Of a stretch of DNA of 64,000 nucleotides, positions 55,949 through 64,000 are shown one piece after another. The first letter of the stretch is position 1, and every line of letters starts with the position of its first letter. A model generated the notes under the pieces. The model ran no database searches and was not told where the DNA came from. It saw only the letters and a program-made list of their open reading frames with translations. The position numbers were made by a program, and so were the translations under genes. The DNA comes from a virus (Duplodnaviria; Caudoviricetes). The stretch spans positions 1 to 64,000 of IMG/VR virus record IMGVR_UViG_3300037424_001021; one strand, written 5' to 3'.

Positions 55949-57091
55949 ATGGCTTATATTACTGAGAATATCGATACTATATTCGTAATTTTCAATACGG
56001 AGGCGGATAAAAATACCGCTTTTGGGTTCGATTCGATCTATACGTCTACAGAGCATCCTAGTACAGGTAATAAAATAGCAGGATGGAAATGGGATGAAAA
56101 CTTATGGGCTCAACCAGAAGATTTAGATAGTGAAGAATTTATACCATCAATCTTTGATGCTACAGAATCTGGTTTACAAGTAACTGATTTCATTTGCGGT
56201 ATTGGCGATAATGACGATCTAAAATTAGAAAGAGTAACAAAACAAATTATTGACAATACAGAGTATTGGACCCCATTTATCAATCACGGTTATTATTATA
56301 TAAACAATCAAGAATCTTACTTATTTAGTGACACTTATCAAGCAGAAATTATTAGACATAATAACGTTTATTCGGGTCTTCAGTATATAGATTTTATCTA
56401 TAATCCAAAACCAACTGTTCCAATTATGATTAGAAGTTTCACTTGGAATCATAACTTGCAACGATATGAGATTGCGCAAAATTTCCGAAAAAAGGCGGAA
56501 TTTACTGGAATTTATACAAGTGGAGAAGAATTAAGTACTTTCAACAATGAAGATTTGTTTGAATTAGCGAATATAGATATCACTAATCCAGAATTTATGC
56601 TAACTGGAGCTATAGAAAGTGGAGTAGGATTAACCGCCTATTTAAATAAGAATTATTCTGAATGGATAGGAGATGAAAGTTCTTTTTCTAATTTAGAATA
56701 TTTATATGCAGTCGAAAGTGGAGAATATCATACAAAATATTCTCCACTTGATTTAACAAGTGGAATGGATGTTTGGGTAGACTCTGGAACTTATACTCCA
56801 GAAGAATGGACACGGATTGATTTGGAAACTAATTTCACTCCTGGCCCTGCTAAAGAATACAAAGTAGATGAGATACTAGGATTGGTATTATTTGGAGATT
56901 ACACAAGTTTAAATGCAGGAGGTTCAGGTTTAGAACCAGCACCTTCTTATATAGTTGGTGCAGCGTATTGTAAAACCGCATTACTTGAATATGAACCAGA
57001 AAAGACAATAGATATCATTGAGTTAAGAGATATAAATATCAATTCGTTATATAATGAATCTTCAAATGGGTTTATAAAGGTTAAGTTGTAA
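55949..57091 (+). CDS. Baseplate/tail structural protein
   Basis: Acidic beta-rich ORF; YKVDEILGLVLFGD...G..P motif seen in baseplate proteins. Confidence 0.45.
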   Translation: MAYITENIDTIFVIFNTEADKNTAFGFDSIYTSTEHPSTGNKIAGWKWDENLWAQPEDLDSEEFIPSIFDATESGLQVTDFICGIGDNDDLKLERVTKQIIDNTEYWTPFINHGYYYINNQESYLFSDTYQAEIIRHNNVYSGLQYIDFIYNPKPTVPIMIRSFTWNHNLQRYEIAQNFRKKAEFTGIYTSGEELSTFNNEDLFELANIDITNPEFMLTGAIESGVGLTAYLNKNYSEWIGDESSFSNLEYLYAVESGEYHTKYSPLDLTSGMDVWVDSGTYTPEEWTRIDLETNFTPGPAKEYKVDEILGLVLFGDYTSLNAGGSGLEPAPSYIVGAAYCKTALLEYEPEKTIDIIELRDININSLYNESSNGFIKVKL

Positions 57092-57093
57092 TC

Positions 57094-59256
57094 ATGACAA
57101 CTGTTATTCAAGATACCGATATTTTTGTTAATATTTTTCGACGACGAGAAGTAGCTGAATTTACTAATGAATTAACCAAAGATTCAGTCAATATCAGTTA
57201 TATCGAAAATGAAGAATCAACAAGTGTTAATACTTTAAATATCTTCGATAAATCTTTGAATTTAAGTGAAAATACCTCTTTTATTAATACTTCTACAGGC
57301 ACTTTTCAGACAATAGCATTTTACTTGACAGCTAAGAATGCACTGTTTACATCGATATATGCGACATCAGATGGAATTTATCAAGATCAAAATAGTTTAC
57401 CACTCTTTAGATTTCATTTAATTGATCCATATCATTTGACTCGCGTTGATTTTCAAGACTGGTCATATATCGATAGCGATCTCACTATAGATGCAAGCAA
57501 TTCTTTGATTGATATTCAAATCTTAGATCAAAATTTTCAACCTATTCAACTTACCGAACAATGGATTGACTGGAATAAGGGCATTATTTATTTAAATTTA
57601 TACAATCATCTTGATAAATCTACTCAAGTATGTACATTGTATTATATTCAATATACAGTACAAACTAACACATCGAATATTACGTATATTGATCTTTTGG
57701 ATAGTCATCCTTATTATGGAGATCAGGATAGTCAGTATGAAAGCGCAAGAAGATTGGCTACGTACCATCGCACAGACGTACCTCTTGTAGGTAATTATTA
57801 TGAATTTAGCACTATGCAATTTTATAGTATAAAAATTTTAGCTATCCCATTACAAATACAGTCAATAGATTTGCAACCCAATACAGCCCCATGGTTTCTT
57901 AATTGTTCTAAAGGAGGATTTTTCAGGGCTGGACTTAAATATGAAGGCATAGTTTATGATTTACAGTATATAGGCTCGCAATCTGCAACGATTCTAACTA
58001 ATAATTTGATATATACTCCTTTTCCTCTGATGTTCTATCAGGAAACTTGGGCTAACGGAAGAATTAACATTGAAATCAATGATATCAACAACAAGGCAAT
58101 TGCTGCTTTTACAAACAGTTCCACTATCGAAGGCACTATTGCTACCAATGGTAGTATTTATCAAAAATGGAATACAGCAACTTTAACTGGCATCCAATCA
58201 ATAGATACATTTAATGGAATTATTCAATTAGCTGGAATTGTATTATTTGATACAGATCAAGTTTATGTAGATTACGCTATAGGACTAGATAGTGAATATT
58301 TCATACAAGATATCGAAGATGGAATAGTCGCTATAGAAAACTTTAATCCATTTATGATTCCAGAATTAAAAGAGCAAATGGTCGTTATAGCAGTAGAACC
58401 TACGCTGTATGATAATTATCAAATCCCGATTTTTTTTATTATTAATAAATATGGTCAAATTATTCGTTCTTCGTGGGCTAAGTTTGATAATACTACGCAA
58501 CGTGTCTCGACATTAGTTTCATTACCTAGTCACACTCGTGACAAATCTCTATATTATTCATCTATTCCATCAAATATAACCAATGCAGTATGCTATATAG
58601 ACGAATTTACAGTTGAAGGTGTGAATAGTTATTCCTTTAAACATTTAGTTCTTGGAGAAGTGACTTTTAATCCAGTTGGATCTCCTGAAACTATAAAATA
58701 TAAAGATGTTAGAGTTCGAGGAGGAGGAATACCTTCTATTCAACATGATAATCTTTTATTAAAAAACCAAGAGATTAGCAATTATACTGACATTGGTTTT
58801 TGGGATGGAACTCCTTATCCTGGCAATGGCACTTTTTTGGTAGAAATACCCGCCGATTTGTTAGAAAATTTTGGGGGGAATTTTAGTCATGAAGCATTAA
58901 AAGAAATAATTAGTAACCATATAGCTGTAGGAATCTATCCAATAATTCGAACTTATTGGGCGGATATAAATATCACAGTTGTCAATCCTTCGTTAAGTCA
59001 AATTGATTTACAATGGGAAACTTACAACAATATTATCGAAGTAAGATATAATGTTTATTTAGCAGATAAAAATAATGGACCTTGGACTAAATTCAATATT
59101 TCAGAATTAACAAGTAAAAGTTATTCTTTTACCAATCTATTCGCAAATACTTTATATTATATTAAAATTGAACCAGCGTATCTTAATGAAAATAACGAAT
59201 GGATAGCAATGCGAAATTCTACAGAAAAGATAATTGAAGTAAAAACTCTTAAATAA
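57094..59256 (+). CDS. Baseplate/tail protein with C-terminal fibronectin type III domain
   Basis: C-terminal SQIDLQWE...YNVYL...SYSFTNLFANTLYYIKI is FN3-like; DVRVRGGG...GFWDG.PYPG core motif. Confidence 0.55.
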   Translation: MTTVIQDTDIFVNIFRRREVAEFTNELTKDSVNISYIENEESTSVNTLNIFDKSLNLSENTSFINTSTGTFQTIAFYLTAKNALFTSIYATSDGIYQDQNSLPLFRFHLIDPYHLTRVDFQDWSYIDSDLTIDASNSLIDIQILDQNFQPIQLTEQWIDWNKGIIYLNLYNHLDKSTQVCTLYYIQYTVQTNTSNITYIDLLDSHPYYGDQDSQYESARRLATYHRTDVPLVGNYYEFSTMQFYSIKILAIPLQIQSIDLQPNTAPWFLNCSKGGFFRAGLKYEGIVYDLQYIGSQSATILTNNLIYTPFPLMFYQETWANGRINIEINDINNKAIAAFTNSSTIEGTIATNGSIYQKWNTATLTGIQSIDTFNGIIQLAGIVLFDTDQVYVDYAIGLDSEYFIQDIEDGIVAIENFNPFMIPELKEQMVVIAVEPTLYDNYQIPIFFIINKYGQIIRSSWAKFDNTTQRVSTLVSLPSHTRDKSLYYSSIPSNITNAVCYIDEFTVEGVNSYSFKHLVLGEVTFNPVGSPETIKYKDVRVRGGGIPSIQHDNLLLKNQEISNYTDIGFWDGTPYPGNGTFLVEIPADLLENFGGNFSHEALKEIISNHIAVGIYPIIRTYWADINITVVNPSLSQIDLQWETYNNIIEVRYNVYLADKNNGPWTKFNISELTSKSYSFTNLFANTLYYIKIEPAYLNENNEWIAMRNSTEKIIEVKTLK

Positions 59257-59257
59257 A

Positions 59258-61234
59258 ATGGCAAGTTATATTGATAAATATAAAGACACAATAAAACCTA
59301 AACAAATAGAACAGGTTTTAAAAGTTCTGAATAGGCAAAAAGATGACGGAGAAATTCGTTCATTAGAAGAGTTTACCCAAAAGTTAGATTCTTTAGTTAG
59401 AGAATTAACTCAAGCCACTTTAACTCCAACACTGAAAATTTTGCAACCAGAACAGAAAACAGATTCTGAAATTCATAATTTTATGCTTGATAGAGTTGAA
59501 GACGATTTAACCGTCGTTTTTGATGAAGCCCAAAATTTAGAAGTAGTCCAAACCGCTCATCATCAAATTATTGTTAATAATACTTTAAAAAAATTGCGGG
59601 ATAATCTTGCTATTTTAAATACGAAAATGGATGTATACGAGTTTATTGCCAATAATACTTATGGATTTGATAGTGCAATATTTTCGGTATTTGGCACATC
59701 TAAAAATGACCAACTTCAAAAAAATGAATTAACAAAAAGTCTATTTATAGATCCCAAAACTGGGAAAGAATTTCCTGAAACAGAAATCGCTCATTTAGGT
59801 TTAGACGATAAAGAGTTAACACTTAGAACTGCAATTAAAAATTATTTTAATATCATTTCTGTAATAGAAAATATCGATGAAATTGATATTGGAATATTTG
59901 ATACAACTTATTTTCCATTAGAAAATGCGATAGACAATGATGACCAAACTTTTGCAAGCAAAGAAATTATCAGTTTAGATAGTGTAGAATACAAAACATT
60001 GGTATTAGAATTAAGTTTAGAAGGTATTAAGTCAATTAATTTTCTTGAATTGTCAATTCCAGAAAGCAAAGATAACTTGAGACTATATAGTATCAAATAT
60101 TTAGATAATGATAACGTCATTCAGACTATTTCTATTCCAGACGTAAGATTGACTGCCCATGAAGTATTTAGATTTTTAACAGTTTCAGCTCAAAGAATTT
60201 ATCTTGAATTTAGAAACTATAGTGGAACATATTTTGAAAATAAATTTGAAAAAGAAATTCAATGGAACAATATACCGATTGAAACTAACGTATATAAGCT
60301 ATTAAAAGATAATATTAGTTCAAATTTCATAAATGCTAATGCTTTACCACAAATTACCATTCAAGAAGAAACTATCAAAGGCTGGAAATATCTTTTTAAT
60401 TTTATTTCCATAAAATGTGGATTTATAAAATATGAACCTAAGACTTGTTATATAAGTCAACCCTTCGAAATAGAAGATGTAATGAATATAGGATTAAAAA
60501 CTGACTATCAAATACCTTTAAAGGGAACTGATGGAGTATTTTTATACGACAAAAATGAAATCAAAAATAACTTACTACCTACTACTCAACAATATCTTGG
60601 GAATATAGAGTATTGGATCGTCAAAGAAGATCTAGACGATCATGACAATAAGCTATCTAATTTAATCTTTAGAATTCTACCATTAAATAAAACCATATTC
60701 GAAGATCTAATTTTTCTAACTTGGAATCCCATCAGTTTGCTGTCTTATGGTTATTATATGTTTTTGGCTACAAGAGTAAGCAACTCAGTATTGCGATTAA
60801 ATTCTATCAATTTAACCTATCCAACTGACTACTCTTTTCTTATAGAATATAAACCGCCAAATGATAATAAAGAATTAAGTCGCATTCGGATTTATGATAT
60901 TAAAAATTCTGATGGCTATTCAACACTTAGCGACATCTGTACTTTATGGAATACTTTTCAAGTATCAAGTACAGTTGCCTTGCCTCGCTTTGTTCTTTAT
61001 GATCCTCCTTATAATCCATTCTCAGTTTCAGATCTTGCTGGAGATTTGTCAATTCGATGGAACTGGAATAACGTCATTGGAATTGAAAAATTTAATCCTA
61101 AAATACGCAAATATAGATTTTATTTAATGATTATATTGCGACAAACATTTAATAATCAATCCGTAACTCCTATAGTAAATAACTACAAGCTATTTTTTGG
61201 AAAAATAGAACAAGATAAGTTTAAAGGTATCTAA
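59258..61234 (+). CDS. Large structural protein (helical N-terminus, beta-sandwich core)
   Basis: 658-aa ORF; shares its architecture with the next gene. Confidence 0.55.
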   Translation: MASYIDKYKDTIKPKQIEQVLKVLNRQKDDGEIRSLEEFTQKLDSLVRELTQATLTPTLKILQPEQKTDSEIHNFMLDRVEDDLTVVFDEAQNLEVVQTAHHQIIVNNTLKKLRDNLAILNTKMDVYEFIANNTYGFDSAIFSVFGTSKNDQLQKNELTKSLFIDPKTGKEFPETEIAHLGLDDKELTLRTAIKNYFNIISVIENIDEIDIGIFDTTYFPLENAIDNDDQTFASKEIISLDSVEYKTLVLELSLEGIKSINFLELSIPESKDNLRLYSIKYLDNDNVIQTISIPDVRLTAHEVFRFLTVSAQRIYLEFRNYSGTYFENKFEKEIQWNNIPIETNVYKLLKDNISSNFINANALPQITIQEETIKGWKYLFNFISIKCGFIKYEPKTCYISQPFEIEDVMNIGLKTDYQIPLKGTDGVFLYDKNEIKNNLLPTTQQYLGNIEYWIVKEDLDDHDNKLSNLIFRILPLNKTIFEDLIFLTWNPISLLSYGYYMFLATRVSNSVLRLNSINLTYPTDYSFLIEYKPPNDNKELSRIRIYDIKNSDGYSTLSDICTLWNTFQVSSTVALPRFVLYDPPYNPFSVSDLAGDLSIRWNWNNVIGIEKFNPKIRKYRFYLMIILRQTFNNQSVTPIVNNYKLFFGKIEQDKFKGI

Positions 61235-64000
61235 ATGAGCAATAAATATTTAATTGAAAATAAAAGTACTCTAATTAAAGAAAAATTGCTGTCTCTTGCT
61301 GATAAACTAACAGGAGGTTATTCTCCTCGTAATTTTCAAACAAAAGAACAGTTAATGCAAGAAATTGTAAGTATTTTAACTATCTTTGCTAAAACTTTAA
61401 ATAAACCAATTTTTACTGCGCCTGTGTTTCTTACAGGGGATATCGCTGATCCCAATTATTATAATCAAGTTTTTAATAATATTTTGAAAGACTTAACTAT
61501 TCTATTCACAGAAATAGAAAACCTAGAATCTGTAATAGTGAATAATTTTAATACAGGTATAGTTGAGTCAAATCGGTTAACTGCTCGTCTTAAAACTATA
61601 GCGTCTTTGCTATCTGATTACATTTTGTATTCGAAAATTTCGACGAAAGATATTCAATATTTTAGCGATAGTTTTAATGACTTATCTAAAATTGAAATCG
61701 AATCTGAACTTGCGAGAGCAGAGTATTGCTATGTGAATCACGACGAAGGCGTTGTTACTTTGCCTGTTGATCTAGAAAAAGAATCTCGAATAACTACAAG
61801 TTATGCTCCAGTTATAAACTCAAATTCAACAGGAATTATTGGAAATAATCAAGAATTGGATGCAGATTATCACGGGAATATTCGAGATGTATTAGATAAT
61901 AATCCTGACACTTGGTTTGAATATGAAAAAATCGTTTCAACAACAGATACAAATATTGAACCTTTAATTTTAGACTTAACCATCAATCTAGATAAAGAAC
62001 AAATTATCAACTTTATTAGAATTAACCCAAATAATTTCAATAATAAAACCGTTCTTCAGATTGATAAAATTGAAATATCAACAGATGGAAAAATTTTCAC
62101 AAGTATTAAAGAAGATATCCCAATTTCAAATTTTATCGATGATAATGAAGATACTACCTTTATCTTATCTTCATCTTCTTCGAAATATAATGGACAAGGA
62201 CTTTACACATTTACTCCTAGACAAGTGAAGTTTATTCATTGCGTTTTTAGACAAGAACAATCCTACCCAATTCAAACTTCATCTGGTGAAAAATTAAGAT
62301 ACGCAATAGGAATTAGAGATATCGATTTAAGAAATTTCACTTATAAAGAAGCAGGCGAATTGATTTCTATTTTATTCTCTATGGAAGAAGAAATTAAAAA
62401 AGTTACTTTAGAAGTTAATCAAAATCCTGTTATTAATTCGGATTTAGTTACAATAGATTATCTAATATCGCCTGATAATGGGCAGACTTGGAATACTATT
62501 TTACCTAATAGTGCCGATATATTGAATTACAATAGTTATGAAACTACTGCTATTCAAACTTCTGTTCCAGTTTATTCGTTAAGATTAAAAGCATTATTGT
62601 CTCGCAATAACGATGCTTTTAAAGAGGGTTCTTCGTTTTTCGCTAAAACTCAAATTCCGTTTACAGAATTATTTTCTATTTCAGATGATACTCCTATCGA
62701 ACTAGAATTAAATAAATTCCCAATTCCACAAACTATGCAAGTTATAGACGCTCTTTACGGAAGCAGAGGCAAGAAAGATAATCAATATGTCATTGGAAAA
62801 GGAAAAACTGCTTATAGAATACCTTTTACTTTGCCTCGGGAATTTAAAAAAACAACAATCAGTGGTACGCCGAATCAATATAAAACTCGTCTTCTTCCGC
62901 AAGGAGAACAAATGCATGTTTTCGTAGGAGGCGAAGAATGGGCGCATACAGAAAATCTGTTATCAGATTATGCTGCAAATTATTCAACAGCAAGCCAATT
63001 TCGACTTTTTGCATTTGATGCATCTTCAGGAGTTTTATCTTTTGGCAATGGACTTAATACAATGAGTCCTCCTAATGATGCTGAAGTTTCTTTTTATTTC
63101 GAAGAAGAGCATTTATTCCCATCTGCAGTTCAAAATATGCATAATGCCAAATTAGTTTTCCCATGTGGAGGCAATAAAGATCGGACAATTTTAAGATATT
63201 ACGAAGAACCTGCATATATAATAGAAAAACTTCCTGAATTACAAACTGCTATATTGTTACAGCATGGTCTGATTACTGATACAAGTCGCATAACGACCAG
63301 TTTAATTGCAAACGGATACATAACTCCACAAAATTATATCAATGGCATTGACGAACTTGTTACAGATACGGATTGGTCATTAGATAGCGAAAACGGAATA
63401 TTGTATCTTCATACTGGTATTCCAGATGGAACAATTATTACAATCGATTATCTTTATCAACCTGTAAAAGTAATTGACTCTAAGTTATGGAATTTCACCG
63501 ATACTAATGAATTAGTGCAAGAAATTATTATTACCGAAGAAGGGTGGCAAACTACACAGGTAGAATATCAAGAAATTAGCGCAACTAACGCAACCCATAT
63601 CAGAGAATTAGAACATTTTAATATCGTAAAAGGAAGTTTAGAATTTCTTTTACGAGATGCATCGACTGAAACAGAAGTTGACGCCGATGAAGATCCTTTT
63701 TTAAAAGAAATCGATTTTATTGACGGTAAGACAGAGTTAGGACTCAATGTTAAAATGCAATTACAAGCTATTGGATATGTAACTCCAGTAGATGGTATCA
63801 TAGCCTTTCAATTAAAAAGTCCGATTTTAGAAGATCCACAATATGGAGTTAATTTTACTCCTGATAGTTTTAGAGAGTATTTTGAAACTGCAGACAATGA
63901 TATTCCAACTTTAGATGGTCATTATTTCATAGATAGAGATCCTGATAGCAATACGTATGGAATGGTGTATCTTAAAAAGACTTTAACTTTTAATCAATGG
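61235..64000 (+). CDS. Large structural protein, partial (runs off the right edge; absent from the ORF track)
   Basis: ATG at 61235 (TAAATG coupling): MSNKYLIENKSTLIKEKLL... The frame checks at both ends (…MVYLKKTLTFNQW, 922 codons), and no stop-terminated ORF is reported in it. Confidence 0.85.
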   Translation, partial: MSNKYLIENKSTLIKEKLLSLADKLTGGYSPRNFQTKEQLMQEIVSILTIFAKTLNKPIFTAPVFLTGDIADPNYYNQVFNNILKDLTILFTEIENLESVIVNNFNTGIVESNRLTARLKTIASLLSDYILYSKISTKDIQYFSDSFNDLSKIEIESELARAEYCYVNHDEGVVTLPVDLEKESRITTSYAPVINSNSTGIIGNNQELDADYHGNIRDVLDNNPDTWFEYEKIVSTTDTNIEPLILDLTINLDKEQIINFIRINPNNFNNKTVLQIDKIEISTDGKIFTSIKEDIPISNFIDDNEDTTFILSSSSSKYNGQGLYTFTPRQVKFIHCVFRQEQSYPIQTSSGEKLRYAIGIRDIDLRNFTYKEAGELISILFSMEEEIKKVTLEVNQNPVINSDLVTIDYLISPDNGQTWNTILPNSADILNYNSYETTAIQTSVPVYSLRLKALLSRNNDAFKEGSSFFAKTQIPFTELFSISDDTPIELELNKFPIPQTMQVIDALYGSRGKKDNQYVIGKGKTAYRIPFTLPREFKKTTISGTPNQYKTRLLPQGEQMHVFVGGEEWAHTENLLSDYAANYSTASQFRLFAFDASSGVLSFGNGLNTMSPPNDAEVSFYFEEEHLFPSAVQNMHNAKLVFPCGGNKDRTILRYYEEPAYIIEKLPELQTAILLQHGLITDTSRITTSLIANGYITPQNYINGIDELVTDTDWSLDSENGILYLHTGIPDGTIITIDYLYQPVKVIDSKLWNFTDTNELVQEIIITEEGWQTTQVEYQEISATNATHIRELEHFNIVKGSLEFLLRDASTETEVDADEDPFLKEIDFIDGKTELGLNVKMQLQAIGYVTPVDGIIAFQLKSPILEDPQYGVNFTPDSFREYFETADNDIPTLDGHYFIDRDPDSNTYGMVYLKKTLTFNQW

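Noticed and set aside
1089-63801. Numerous 60-120 aa ORFs antisense or out of frame within long genes (e.g. 3296-3580, 8061-8288, 19863-20126, 30470-30820, 53827-54132, 62708-62947)
   Set aside because: They are fully nested in well-supported CDSs, lack SDs and motifs, and are typical shadow ORFs.
25963-64000. Extracellular contractile injection system or tailocin interpretation
   Set aside because: Terminase, portal, protease and major capsid genes lie in the same operon, so this is a complete phage virion module.
1-64000. CRISPR array, tRNA/rRNA genes, or stop-codon reassignment
   Set aside because: No regularly spaced DNA repeats or cloverleaf/rRNA signatures were seen by eye, and genes are long and tightly packed under the standard code. 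tRNAscan-SE and a CRISPR finder were not run.

Overview
Almost the whole window (about 2.2-64 kb, + strand, AT-rich) is the virion-morphogenesis module of a large contractile-tailed (myovirus-like) bacteriophage. In order it encodes: a putative small terminase, an intein-containing large terminase, a portal with a MuF-like C-terminus, protease/scaffold, decoration protein, HK97-type major capsid protein, neck proteins, tail sheath, four tail-tube paralogues, two chaperone paralogues, a tape-measure-position giant split by three LAGLIDADG inteins, a baseplate hub with an M15 peptidase insert, gp25, baseplate J and further wedge/fibre proteins. The first ~2 kb is a GC-richer, leftward-transcribed block of small genes. 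Three things stand out. (1) A 1449-aa ORF starting 3 bp after the tape-measure-like gene carries two-barrel RNA polymerase motifs (GKVLGSR...RRDP...GDYDGD), so it is probably a single-chain virion RNAP. (2) A 923-aa polyvalent protein (DEDDh exonuclease + unknown His-rich domain + protein kinase) has its cargo domains each preceded by a copy of a 31-aa repeat, and sits next to three Gly-rich proteins between the terminase genes. Together with the RNAP this suggests an injected host-takeover kit. (3) The octamer AAAGGCGG is strongly over-represented regardless of reading frame. A solo TnpB with a rearranged (Fanzor-like) RuvC site is inserted antisense in the baseplate operon. No tRNA, rRNA or CRISPR array was seen. 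All family assignments come from motifs recognised by eye; no searches were run.
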